NCBI GenBank assembly: GCA_022009995.1
Contig: CP091734.1
Coordinates: forward strand, 18,801 to 82,800
Length of the DNA: 64,000 nucleotides
Direction of reading: 5' to 3'
From: Clostridiales bacterium
Lineage (GTDB): Bacteria; Bacillota; Clostridia; Christensenellales; CAG-917
Part shown: positions 1 through 9,376 of the stretch, in pieces
How positions within the stretch are numbered: position 1 is the first letter of the stretch
How the letters are laid out: every line of letters begins with the position of its first letter
Made by a program: the position numbers and the translations under genes
Notes under the pieces: generated by a model
Told to the model about the DNA's origin: nothing
The model's input: only the letters and a program-made list of their open reading frames with translations
The model's database searches: none

Positions 1-31
1 AAAACCCCCGGATAAATCGGGGGTTATTTTT
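1..31. terminator. Bidirectional intrinsic terminator candidate
   Basis: Stem CCCCCG (5-10) pairs with CGGGGG (18-23) around a 7-nt loop, with an A-run upstream and a T-run downstream. Confidence 0.55.
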
Positions 32-33
32 AT

Positions 34-225
34 AAGGTATCCCTTCCGGGAGATTGCCACGCTACGCTCGCAATGACAGAGTACTTCGTACGGAATGAAA
101 CAAGCGTTTGTTTGCAGGAAAGAGATAGTAAAATTTACGTAAACGCTTTACGCTATTCCGTGCAACGCACTTTATGTCATTCTGAGGAGCAAAGCGACGT
201 GAGAATCTCCCGGAAGGGTTACCTT
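34..225. repeat. 192-nt imperfect long inverted repeat (rod-like RNA or MITE-like element candidate)
   Basis: 34-55 pairs with 204-225 (21/22). Further in-register stems are 58-61/198-201, 72-78/175-181, 90-96/155-161 and 102-109/141-148, with asymmetric internal loops and a 31-nt apical loop. Confidence 0.6.
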
Positions 226-231
226 GTTATG

Positions 232-1632
232 TCATTGCACAATGATTTCTTGTTCTTCTTCGGTTTTTTGGAACTTCTTTTTCCACAAAACGTACAATAT
301 CACGCCGACCGTCGCCGAAATTACGTCGGTTATCGGCTGGCAGGCGACAATACCGTAAACGGGGATCAGCACGTTCAGAAGATACATCAAAGGAATGTCC
401 ACAATGCCCTTTCTGATTATCGACAATAAAAACGCCTTGCCCTTTGCGCCGACCGCCTGGAAATACGACACAAGCATAAACGTTACCGCCATAAACGGGA
501 GCGACGCGCAATGAAGTCGCAGGAACTTTTCGCCATACGTTACCGTCGACGCGTCTTTGATGAAAACTTCGATGAGCGCGCCCGCCGCCGATTCCACGAC
601 GATAAGCACGGTTATCGCAAGCCCGACGCAATAACAAAGCGAAAGTTTCAGCGTTGTTTTCATTTGTCGTACTTTTTCGCGCCGTTGTTGTACGCAATGA
701 GCGGCGCAGCCCCTTGTGCAAGTCCCGTTACCATACCGAAAGGCACGGCGTCGATTTTTTTTTGTGACGCCGATTGCCGCCTCTGCAGTCTCGCCGTATC
801 CGATCATAAGCGAGTTCAGCACAAGATTCGACACAGCCGACAACATCGTTTGCAGCGCGGACGGAAGCCCCGTAAACAATACGTTCCTTGCGATTTTTTC
901 CTTGATCGCAAGACACGCCTTTTTCGGCGAAAACGACACGACGGATTTTTTCCTTATCACGATAAGCAATATCGCAAAATACAGCGTGGTAACGACGTTT
1001 GAAATAAGCGTTGCGATCGCCGCGCCTTTAATATTCATATTCAGCCCGAAAGGTAGCACGAAAAAAGGATCCAGCACAATATTCAGCACGCCGCCCAGCG
1101 ACAGCCCCAACCCCGCGTGCAACGAGTACCCCTCGCCCCTTATTACGTTTGCGACAACCATATTGAAGACGGCGGGTACCGCGCCGAACACGACAACCCA
1201 GTCAAGATACGTCGCTGCATAGGCGTCAAGGTTTTCGGTCGATTTCAGCAGTCTTAAAAACGGCTCTTTCCATACGACCACGATAAGCGACAGCAACGCC
1301 GCAACGATCACGCCGCCCCATATCGCAAACGCCGACGCGCGTTTTGCCTTGTCGCTTTCTTTCGCTCCGAGATAGTTTGAAATGCAGGTGCCCGCGCCGA
1401 TACCGAACAGGTTGCCGAGAGCCGTCATAAAAAGTTGTACGGGAAAAATAATGGACAACGCCGCAAGTTGATAAGAATCGTTGAGTTTCCCAACCCAGAA
1501 CGTGTCCGCAAGATTGTAAACGGTGGTGATAAGTTGACTGACGATCGTCGGGAGCGCAAGCCTTAAAATCGCGACTTTGACGTTGTCGCTTTCAAAAATC
1601 ATCTCTTTTGATTTTGCCTGAAATTTGCTCAT
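232..1632 (-). CDS. MATE family efflux transporter (contains an internal compensated double frameshift)
   Basis: 466-aa polytopic ORF. The N-terminus LALPTIVSQLITTVYNLADTFWVGKL is typical of MATE/NorM. Residues around 290-320 read as basic nonsense but give KKIDAVPFGMVTGLAQGAAPLIAYNNGAKKYDK in the neighbouring frame. Confidence 0.85.
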   Translation of the reverse strand: MSKFQAKSKEMIFESDNVKVAILRLALPTIVSQLITTVYNLADTFWVGKLNDSYQLAALSIIFPVQLFMTALGNLFGIGAGTCISNYLGAKESDKAKRASAFAIWGGVIVAALLSLIVVVWKEPFLRLLKSTENLDAYAATYLDWVVVFGAVPAVFNMVVANVIRGEGYSLHAGLGLSLGGVLNIVLDPFFVLPFGLNMNIKGAAIATLISNVVTTLYFAILLIVIRKKSVVSFSPKKACLAIKEKIARNVLFTGLPSALQTMLSAVSNLVLNSLMIGYGETAEAAIGVTKKNRRRAFRYGNGTCTRGCAAHCVQQRREKVRQMKTTLKLSLCYCVGLAITVLIVVESAAGALIEVFIKDASTVTYGEKFLRLHCASLPFMAVTFMLVSYFQAVGAKGKAFLLSIIRKGIVDIPLMYLLNVLIPVYGIVACQPITDVISATVGVILYVLWKKKFQKTEEEQEIIVQ

Positions 1633-1780
1633 AATTCACCGCTTTACCCGCAGTATATTATATAATAAAAAAACAATTCACGGGCAATCGATTTGCAAAA
1701 TCAAGTCAATAGCTTTCCATAATAAAAGAAATTTCAGCGTTTCAATTTTGCAATAAGCGTGAAAAATTGCGTTAAATAAG

Positions 1781-1809
1781 TTGCAAAAACTTAATTTATT
1801 TGATATATT
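1781..1809 (+). promoter_or_regulatory. Sigma-A type promoter candidate for the tRNA cluster
   Basis: TTGCAA (1781-1786), a 17-nt spacer, then TGaTATATT extended -10 (1801-1809), about 40 nt upstream of tRNA-Gly. Confidence 0.45.
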
Positions 1810-1849
1810 ATAGTAGTCGCTGAAAACGACGGCGCAAAACGGCCAACTT

Positions 1850-1924
1850 GCGGGAGTGATTCAGTGGTAGAATGCCACCTTGCCAAGGTGGAAGTCGCGG
1901 GTCCGAATCCCGTCTCCCGCTCCA
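1850..1924 (+). tRNA. tRNA-Gly (anticodon GCC)
   Basis: Manual cloverleaf: acceptor GCGGGAG/CTCCCGC, anticodon stem CCACC/GGTGG with loop TTGCCAA, T-arm GCGGG-TCCGAAT-CCCGT, encoded CCA. Confidence 0.93.
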
Positions 1925-1967
1925 AAGTCAATATGACAAAAGTTTTGTCGAAAGCCCGTTTGCGTAT

Positions 1968-2041
1968 GGCATCATAGCCAAGCGGTAAGGCAGAGGCCTG
2001 CAAAGCCTTCATCCCCGGTTCGATTCCGGGTGATGCCTCCA
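1968..2041 (+). tRNA. tRNA-Cys (anticodon GCA)
   Basis: Acceptor GGCATCA/TGATGCC, anticodon loop CTGCAAA, T-arm CCCGG-TTCGATT-CCGGG, encoded CCA. Confidence 0.93.
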
Positions 2042-2046
2042 AAGAC

Positions 2047-2133
2047 GCCGAAGTGGCGGAATAGGCAGACGCAAGGGACTTAAAATCCCTCGGAGTAACA
2101 TCCGTACCGGTTCGAGTCCGGTTTTCGGCACCA
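2047..2133 (+). tRNA. tRNA-Leu (anticodon TAA), class II with long variable arm
   Basis: Acceptor GCCGAAG/TTTTCGGC, anticodon loop CTTAAAA, long variable arm, T-arm ACCGG-TTCGAGT-CCGGT, encoded CCA. Confidence 0.92.
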
Positions 2134-2135
2134 GC

Positions 2136-2168
2136 AAAAGACGACGCATTTTTGCGTCGTCTTTTGCT
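2136..2168 (+). terminator. Intrinsic terminator of the tRNA cluster
   Basis: 13-bp stem AAAAGACGACGCA/TGCGTCGTCTTTT with loop TTTT, directly after tRNA-Leu. Confidence 0.8.
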
Positions 2169-2321
2169 GTCCCGAAAAACCGTGGACGGGAGAACTCCGA
2201 CGCTTTGCGTCGGCGTTCGGCGGCTGTTTACAGACGCTTGCGTTGTGCAGCGTGTATGTAAATCAGGAAAGATTGTAGCGTTACGAAAAACATTAACGGT
2301 AACAAGTATGCAGAGCAGACA

Positions 2322-2345
2322 CGGTTTTCGGCACCGTTAAAAGAC
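2322..2345 (+). repeat. Duplicated copy of the tRNA-Leu 3' end (att-like direct repeat)
   Basis: CGGTTTTCGGCACCgtTAAAAGAC here versus CGGTTTTCGGCACCagCAAAAGAC at 2119-2142, which is 21/24 identical and 203 bp apart. Confidence 0.7.
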
Positions 2346-2443
2346 AAACAAATGACGTTTACGGCAATTGTTTGATCAAAAGTGCATTTTGTGACGTGGC
2401 GTTGTGCTGTGTTGAAACACGATAGAATACATCTTTTTACGCA

Positions 2444-2490
2444 AAAAAGAAAGCCGTCCGTAATTTGCGCGGGCGGCGTTCTTTCTTTTT
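2444..2490. terminator. Bidirectional hairpin terminator candidate in a gene-free region
   Basis: AAAAAGAAAG-CCGTCCG ... CGGGCGG-(CGT)-CTTTCTTTTT, a long stem with A/T-rich flanks. Confidence 0.4.
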
Positions 2491-2737
2491 AGGGGGATAA
2501 AATTACGAAAGATTACTTATGTTCGGTGTGCCTCCTTATTTTACGGCGGTTGCCTTTTCGATCGTCATCGACCCGGTGACTTCCGTGCCGTTTCTCAAAA
2601 GATTTATTTCAACAACGTTGCCTTCCGAAAGCAGAAGACCGATGTTGGTGATGTCGCTTCCTTTTGATTTGATTTTTATTATGTAAAAAAATTAAGAAAA
2701 CTTAAAGTATTTATTAAAAAAATAAATTAAAATTGCA

Positions 2738-2766
2738 ACAAAAAAACGCAACGGTTTCGTTGCGTT
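2738..2766 (-). terminator. Intrinsic terminator of the kinase/regulator operon
   Basis: 9-bp stem AACGCAACG/CGTTGCGTT with loop GTTT. On the minus strand it is followed by a T-run, 6 nt after the kinase stop codon. Confidence 0.8.
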
Positions 2767-2771
2767 ATCGT

Positions 2772-4050
2772 TTATTCGTTTTCGGTTTCTTTTTTGACGT
2801 GCCCGAAAGAAAATTTGTCAAAAGTTATCGTTACCACAAAGTCGTTGCCTTCGCCGCGCGCGCTGACTTTGCCCTTGTGCAGCTCGGCGATTTCTTGCAC
2901 GATAGAAAGCCCGATGCCGCTGCCTTCGATGCCCGACGCCCTTGCCCCGTCGCTTCTGAAAAACCTTGCGAAATATTTGTCGAGATTGCCTTGTTCAACG
3001 TTTTCGGCGTCGTTTCTGAATTCCAGAACGATGATTCGTTTCAGTTTCGTAACCGTCTTTCTTGCCGAAATTTGACGTACGATTTCCCGTATTTTACGGC
3101 GTTGTCGAGAAGAAGCGACACCATCTGCCTTAAAAGACCTTCGTCGCCGTACAAAATATATTTTCCCGGGATATTGACTTCGATATTAAGATCGGCGGTT
3201 CTTGCAAGCGCGTAATACGGCTCGGCAACGTCAGAAATCAACGCGCCGACGTCGATGTTTTTTCTTTCTTCAAGCGCGGCTCTTTCGTCGATTTTCGCAA
3301 GCGTCGTAAGGTTTTTGGTCATATTCGCCATTCTCACGACCTGTTTTTGGATTGCGTCGGTGCACTCGTTCTCGCCGTAGTCCATTTCAAGTATTTCGTT
3401 GTTTGCGGATATTATCGCAAGCGGGGTTTTGAGTTCGTGGCTCGCGTCGGAGATGAAATGACGTTGCTTTTCGTAAGAGTTCGCAATAGGCTCGACGGCG
3501 CGCTTGGAAAACAAAATCAGCAGCACGCAAATCGCACCCACCGCACTCAGACAAAAAACCATGCTCGACCGCATAAAACTTGTGAGAGCGTCGATTTGTC
3601 GATGGCAGTCCATAAACAAAACCATCGTGCCTCCGTCCGCCCTGTCGCGGTAAATAAGATAACGATAATCGCCGATCGCGCCGCTGTCTTCTTTTTCCGA
3701 AAACGCTTCGTTACAGTATTCAAGCGCTTCTTCGGGCGTACTGACAAGTTCGGTCTTGACAAGATTGAATTTGCGGGGTTTGCCCGCCGCGTCGTACGTT
3801 ACCGTGAAATATCTTGTGTCGAAAGGCGTCTCGTCGGTGCTTTGAAGCCCCAGATACCAGGCGCTTTGTCGCCCTGATAATCTTTCGGGAACGCGCCGTC
3901 GTTTTTCGCAAGGATCATCAGCACTTTGTCGGAATAGTTCGCAATGTTTTTTCGGCTCACGACGTAAATGCCGGACAATATTACAGCCAGAACTATCACT
4001 ATCGCAGCCATTGCGATTACAATAAACCTAATCCGCAGTTTTTTGATCAT
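2772..4050 (-). CDS. Sensor histidine kinase (at least 2 frameshifts in this assembly)
   Basis: Fragments in three frames: N-terminal TM FIVIAMAAIVIVLAVIL (3799-4050), H-box SDASHELKTPL (3041-3625), and hand-translated C-terminus RSDGARASGIEGSGIGLSIVQEIAELHKGKV ending at TAA 2772-2774. The start overlaps the regulator stop (ATGA). Confidence 0.85.
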
Positions 4051-4718
4051 TTGGTTTCTTCCAGTTTATAGCCGAGCCCGCGCACCGCCTTAATGTTGAC
4101 GTTTGCGCCGATTTCCGAAAGTTTTTTGCGAAGCGAGGATATATAAACCCACACGCCGTTGATTTCGGCTTCGCTGTCATAGCCCCACACCGATTCCATA
4201 AATTTCTCGGTCGAGATAAGCATATTGTTGTTTGCGACAAGCATTTCCATCATCTGGAATTCCTTGCCCGACAGCCTAACCTCGCCTTTTTCGGCTTTTA
4301 AGGTGTATTGCTTCGGATCGAGCGTGAGATTGCCCACCGTATATGTGCTGATGACGTCGTTTTTGCGACGAGTCATCGCGCGTATTCTCGCAAGCAGTTC
4401 TTTCATCGCAAACGGTTTCGTAAGGTAATCGTCCGCGCCCGCGTCAAGCCCTTCGACTCTGTCGTCGACCTCGCTGCGCGCGGTAAGCAAAAGCACGGGG
4501 ACGTTGTTGCCGCCCTCCCTTGCCTTTCTTAAAACGGTCAGCCCGTCCGCTTTCGGCATCATTATGTCCAAAATTACGCCGTCGTAATTGCCGAACGTCA
4601 GGTATTCGAGCGCTTCCGCCCCGTCGTAAACGGCGTCAACGGTATAATTATTGTGCTTCAATACTCTGACTATTGCGTTTGATAATTCTCTTTCGTCCTC
4701 TGCAAGCAATAATTTCAT
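4047..4718 (-). CDS. OmpR/PhoB-family response regulator
   Basis: Intact 223 aa. Receiver domain LLAEDE...VILDIMMPKADG, winged-helix C-terminus ...VRGLGYKL. Confidence 0.93.
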   Translation of the reverse strand: MKLLLAEDERELSNAIVRVLKHNNYTVDAVYDGAEALEYLTFGNYDGVILDIMMPKADGLTVLRKAREGGNNVPVLLLTARSEVDDRVEGLDAGADDYLTKPFAMKELLARIRAMTRRKNDVISTYTVGNLTLDPKQYTLKAEKGEVRLSGKEFQMMEMLVANNNMLISTEKFMESVWGYDSEAEINGVWVYISSLRKKLSEIGANVNIKAVRGLGYKLEETK

Positions 4719-4778
4719 ATGCTTTCCTACCTTTTTCTTTTATAGTATTTAATAAAGTTAAAGTTTACCTTAATTAAC

Positions 4779-6792
4779 TTACCGTAACGTCTTTGAATTT
4801 GTTTTCGTAGTAATAAAAGTCGTCTTGTCGATTTCAAAGCCTTCTTGCAGCACGCCATCAGTGACGATTTCTTTTGCAAAACGGATTTGGTCGGGCGTGA
4901 TTTTTATCGCGTATTTCCGCCGTCCTGCTCGCCGGACTGCCTCGTTCCGAGGTAATCGCCGCCGCCGCGAAGGGTGAAGTCAAGTTCCGCAAGTTTATAC
5001 CCTTCGTCAAATTCCGTAAGGGCTTTGAGCCGCGGATTGCCCGCGTCGAGAGTATGCAAAAAACAAAACGCCTTTTTGTCGCCGCGACCGACGCGTCCCC
5101 TTAACTGATGCAACGTCGCAAGCCCGAATCTTTCGCTGTTGAGTACGGCAATCGTCGTCGCGTTTTTGATGTCGATGCCGACTTCAACGACGGTCGTCGC
5201 AATCAGCACGTCGATATCACCCGCCTCGAACGCCTGCATTATTTCCGACTTTTCTTTCGCTTTCATTTTGCCGTAAATAAGCGCGACGTTCACGTCCGAA
5301 AACACGCCGTTTTTAAGTTCCTCGAAAAGGGTTTTCGCGCCGTACGTTTCCACCCCTTCCGAGTCGCAGATTTTCGGGCAGACGATAATCGCCTGATTGC
5401 CCTTTTTCGCCTCGTCGCGGACGTATGAAAACATGCCGTCTTTTTTGTAATCGGGCACAAGAAAAGTCTTGACTTTCGTCTTATGACTTTTGTCGATTTC
5501 GGACAGTTGCAATTCGTCGTACAGGAGCATAAGGACGGAGCGCGGAATGGGTGTTGCCGTGAGCGTCAGCGTGTCGACACCCGCGCCTTTTTCCTGCAAA
5601 TCGTACTTTTGCGCCACGCCGAATTTGTGCTGTTCGTCAATGACGACAAACGACAGATTTCTGAATTTCACCGTCTTTGAAAAAACGCTGTGAGTGCCGA
5701 TAACGACGTCTGTTTTTCCGCTTTCGATATCGCGCTCTCTTTCCTTTCTTTCCGCGCCTTTCACGCTGCCGGACATAAACGCCACGTTAATATTAAATCC
5801 GTCGAAAAACCTTTTCGCGTTGTTGAAATGCTGTTCCGCCAGAATCTCGGTTGGCGCAACAATCGCCACTTGATAACCGCATTTTACCGCATAAAGTGCC
5901 GAAATTAGCGCAACGATTGTTTTTCCGCTGCCACGTCGCCGATAAGCAACCTGTTCATTCTGCGCTTTGATTTAAGGTTTTCAAATATCTCGTCAAGCGC
6001 GTTTTTCTGCGTCGGCGTAAGCGGAAACGGCAGGGATTTTACAAAGTCGTCCACCACTCTTTTATCAAGGCGGTATTCAAAAACACGGTTCTCTTTCGCC
6101 TGCGAATTTATTATCTTGTAATACAGGATTTCTTTCATCGTGTCTTCCAACGCGATGCGTTCCTGAGCCTTTAATCCTTCTTCGACGCTCGTCGGACAAT
6201 GCGCTCTTATAAACGCGTCTTTCACACTTTCGATGCCGTACCTTTCGCGCACTTTTTCGTTTGCGATATCCGCGGGCGAAAACTTCCTTAAAGCGTCGTC
6301 GACAATCCCCTTGAACACGCCCTGCTGCACCGCCCCTTTCGTGCGGTAAACGGGCATTATTCCCGACAGGTTTTTCTGCTTGTCGAGCGGTTCGATTTTA
6401 GGGTTGATAAGTTCCGCCCTTCTGCCCGAAAATTTTACCTTTCCGAACACGAAATACTTCTCGTCAGCCTTCACCTTTTGCAGCATATACGGCTGGTTGT
6501 ACCACACGATTTTCAGCCTGTTTTTCTCTAATTCGGGCGCGTCGAAATCCACTGCGTCGGCGGTGAAAAAACTCAGCCCGTTTTTGGTCTTCACGGGACG
6601 GGTTACCTTGACGATTCTTACCCTTATCAACGAAAATTGCCCGTCGCATAAATCGTTAAGCGAAACGGGCGAATTAAAATCGATATAAGTTTTTGGCAGA
6701 AAATTTATTAAGTCTTCAACCGTCGAAACGTCAATGCTTTGAAGTTTTCTGAGCGTCGATGGACCGACGCCTTTCACTTCTTCAAGTTTCAT
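4779..6792 (-). CDS. recG: ATP-dependent DNA helicase RecG (2 frameshifts; last ~40 codons inferred)
   Basis: Wedge-domain ORF 5905-6792 plus helicase ORF 4904-5869 (VVIDEQHKFGV, LTATPIPRS, QLRGRVGRG). The Walker A region is lost at the frameshift near 5905-5945. The C-terminus continues in the adjacent frame to TAA 4779-4781, giving ~671 aa, a normal RecG size. Confidence 0.85.
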
Positions 6793-8436
6793 TATTCAAC
6801 CGAGAATACGTAATAATAATATGGTTGCCCGCCGTTGAACGCCATAACTTCGACGTCGGGATAAAGTTCCTGAATTTCGGCGGCGAGTTTGTTTGCGTCG
6901 TCTTCCGTGACGTCGCTGCCGAAGTAAAGCGACACGACGCTGCTTTCTTCGTCAATCATTTTCTTCAACGCGTGCTTCACGACTTCCGACGGGCTTTTGC
7001 CCCTTGCGACGATCTTCTTTCCGAAAAGACCGATGACGTCGCCTTCGTGCACCGAGAATCCGTCCATACGAGTGTTGCGAACCGCGGTCGTGACCTGACC
7101 GCACTTGACGTTTTCGATGGACGCGGTCATTGCCTCGACGTTTTCTTCCGCGCTTGCCTCGGGCATAAACGCAACCGCCGCGGCGATACCTTCCGCAACG
7201 TTGCTGGTCGGAATGACGAAAACGGGTTTCCGCAAGGTCGCGCGCCTGTTCTGCGGACAAAATGATATTTTTATTGTTCGGCAGAATGAACACCGTCTTT
7301 GCGTTGACTTCATTTATCGTGGACAATATGTCGTAAACGCTCGGATTCATCGTCTGACCGCCTTCCACGATTTTGTCGATTCCGAGGTCGTTGAAGATGG
7401 CTTCCATTCCCTTGCCGGAGCAAACGGAAATGATGCCGTATTCTTTCATTTCGGCTTTTTCGGACTCGCGCTTTTCGTTCAGAACGCGGTTTTGTTCCAC
7501 CATATTTTCAACCTTGACGCTGTCAAGTTCGCCAAGTTTCAGCGCGTTTTTCATTGCAAGGTCGGGACGGTTCGTGTGAACGTGCACTTTGACAAGGTCC
7601 AGATCGCCGATTACAAGCACGCAGTCGCCGATCGTCGTAAGGAAGTCGCGCAGTTTGTCGATGTCGGCAAGCGTAACTTTCGGACGAAGATTGATTATGA
7701 AAAATTCCGTGCAATAGCTGAAATTGATATGCTCGTGATCGTCGGCGCTGAAAGCGTCCATGGGATTAAGCGCGATGTTTTTGTCTTCGGTCGGCGCGTC
7801 GGGAATTTCGATGCCCGCAAGAGAGTTGTACATACCCTTCATCACGAACATAAGTCCCTTTCCGCCTGCGTCAACGACGCCCGCCTTCTTCAAAACCGGC
7901 AGCATATCGGGGGTTTGTGCAAGTATTTCGTCGCCGTATGCGATGACTTTTTCCAAAAACGGCAGGAATTCCACCTCTTTTTTGCGCCTTGCAAGGTGTT
8001 GCGCCTTTTCCGCCATCGCCCTGACAACCGTCAGTATCGTGCCTTCTTTGGGCTTTTGCACCATGCTGTACGCAATTTCCGTGCCCTTTTTCAACGCCTG
8101 CGCGAATTCGTAAGCAGTGAAAGGTACGTTTTTATTTTCCGTCGCAACAACCGCGAATCCTTTGAAAATTTGCGAACTGATAACGCCCGAATTGCCGCGA
8201 GCGCCTTTGAGCGCGCCCTTTGAAAACGCCGTCGCACACTCCGCAACGCTTGCATTCGAGTTCAATTTCCCGAGTTCCTGCACCGCCATACTGAAAGTAA
8301 GGGACATATTCGTGCCGGTATCCCCGTCGGGAACAGGGAAAACGTTCAGACTGTCGACGAGAGGTCTGTTAATTTCAAGAAGTTTGGCGCCGGAAATAAG
8401 CATTTTCCTGAAATCGCCGCTTGTAAGTTCCACCAT
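6792..8436 (-). CDS. yloV: DAK2 domain-containing protein, YloV family (1 frameshift near 7220-7310)
   Basis: N-terminus PVPDGDTGTNMSLT (Dak phosphatase motif). The C-terminal 170 aa are in ORF 6792-7313. Total ~548 aa. Positioned between yloU and recG as in Bacillus. Confidence 0.88.
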
Positions 8437-8448
8437 AAATATCCTTAA

Positions 8449-8799
8449 TTATACTCTGACACCGACGACATTGACCGTTACGTTCTTGACGCGCATACCC
8501 GTGTATTTTTCAACACTGTACGTGACCGCTTTCGTCAGAGATTCCCTGACGGCTTCCACGTTTACTCCGAGTTTTAATATGACGAAAATATCGATGTGCG
8601 CGACGTTGTCGGTCGTAACGACCCTGACGCCTTTGCCGTAAGTCTTTTTATTGAAGATTTTCGCAAGGTTGTCGGAGAAACGTCTGGACACGAGTTCCAC
8701 CACGCCGTAGCACTCGGAAGCGGCCTTGCTGACGATAATCGCAACGGCTTCGTCCGAAACGGTGATGTGTCCGAATTTATTGTAAGTACTGAGTGCCAT
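8449..8799 (-). CDS. yloU: Asp23/Gls24 family envelope stress protein
   Basis: Intact 116 aa. ITVSDEAVAIIVSKAASECYGVVEL is typical of the Asp23 family. Synteny with yloV. Confidence 0.88.
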   Translation of the reverse strand: MALSTYNKFGHITVSDEAVAIIVSKAASECYGVVELVSRRFSDNLAKIFNKKTYGKGVRVVTTDNVAHIDIFVILKLGVNVEAVRESLTKAVTYSVEKYTGMRVKNVTVNVVGVRV

Positions 8800-8833
8800 A
8801 TTTCTCCTTATAAAAATACCCTACTTTTGCTAT

Positions 8834-8862
8834 ATTTTACTATAATTATAAAAATTTAGCAA
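8834..8862 (-). promoter_or_regulatory. Sigma-A promoter candidate for yloU-yloV-recG
   Basis: On the minus strand: TTGCTA (8862-8857), 17-nt spacer, TAAAAT (8839-8834). Confidence 0.45.
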
Positions 8863-8871
8863 CAATTATGC

Positions 8872-8900
8872 TTGCCAAAAGTGAAATTTAGTGATAAAAT
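8872..8900 (+). promoter_or_regulatory. Sigma-A promoter candidate for rpmB
   Basis: TTGCCA (8872-8877), 17-nt spacer, TAAAAT (8895-8900). AGGAGG RBS lies upstream of the ATG at 8936. Confidence 0.5.
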
Positions 8901-8935
8901 ACCTATGTTTTATGCCAGTTAGGAGGTATTGAAGT

Positions 8936-9127
8936 ATGTCGAGAGTATGCAGCGTTTGTGGAAAAGGACAAATGAGCGGTAATATGGTAAGCCACAGCCA
9001 TCGCAAAACCAGAAGGTCTTGGGGCGCGAACGTCCACAAAGTTAAAGTTGTCAATAAAGACGGTACGACCACTTCCGAATACGTGTGCACCAGATGCTTG
9101 CGTAGCGGAAAAGTCGAACGTGCGTAA
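8936..9127 (+). CDS. rpmB: 50S ribosomal protein L28
   Basis: Intact 63 aa, MSRVCSVCGKGQMSGNMVSHSHRKTRRSW... Confidence 0.96.
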   Translation: MSRVCSVCGKGQMSGNMVSHSHRKTRRSWGANVHKVKVVNKDGTTTSEYVCTRCLRSGKVERA

Positions 9128-9140
9128 TTTGCAATAAAAT

Positions 9141-9165
9141 AAGCCGCGATAAGCGGTTTTTTTTT
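9141..9165 (+). terminator. rpmB intrinsic terminator
   Basis: Stem AAGCCGC/GCGGTTT followed by a T9 run. Confidence 0.7.
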
Positions 9166-9204
9166 GCCCTTATTACTATGTAATAAAATATCGTAAAAAA
9201 CACA

Positions 9205-9241
9205 CGAAAAACACGCCGGTTTCCCGGCGTGTTTTTATTTT
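9205..9241 (-). terminator. Hairpin terminator (serves the small minus-strand ORF; may be bidirectional)
   Basis: 9-bp stem ACACGCCGG/CCGGCGTGT with loop TTTC. T-runs on both strands. Confidence 0.7.
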
Positions 9242-9268
9242 TGAAATATTGTTGTTAATTTTAACGAC

Positions 9269-9376
9269 TTATTCTTTCTCTTTTGTTTCAACCTTTTCGC
9301 CCTTTTGTTTATTACTTTTGAAAAGTCGCAAAAACTTTTTGATAAACTTCGGCGGATTAAAACATACGATTTTCAT
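9269..9376 (-). CDS. spoVM: 35-aa small ORF, SpoVM-like (stage V sporulation protein M candidate)
   Basis: Hand-translated MKIVCFNPPKFIKKFLRLFKSNKQKGEKVETKEKE. Strong RBS GAGAGGTGA 5 nt upstream, own terminator, and adjacent to rpmB as spoVM is in B. subtilis. It is below the ORF-track length cutoff. Confidence 0.5.
   Translation of the reverse strand: MKIVCFNPPKFIKKFLRLFKSNKQKGEKVETKEKE

Noticed and set aside
73-721. ORFs 73-429 (+) and 227-721 (-) at the left edge
   Set aside because: They overlap the 3' end of the MATE gene and the long inverted repeat. Their composition is Arg-rich and unlike real proteins.
2152-2340. 62-aa plus-strand ORF immediately after the tRNA terminator
   Set aside because: It starts inside the terminator hairpin, has no RBS and is Arg/Cys/Val-rich. 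It lies between the two copies of the tRNA-Leu 3' repeat.
2538-2680. Minus-strand reading frame ..IKSKGSDITNIGLLLSEGNVVEINLLRNGTEVTGSMTIEKATAVK* followed by a hairpin
   Set aside because: There is no ATG/GTG/TTG start in frame. An upstream in-frame TAA and an AT-rich, stop-filled 5' flank in all frames argue against a live gene. I treat it as a remnant within the tRNA-Leu-associated scar.
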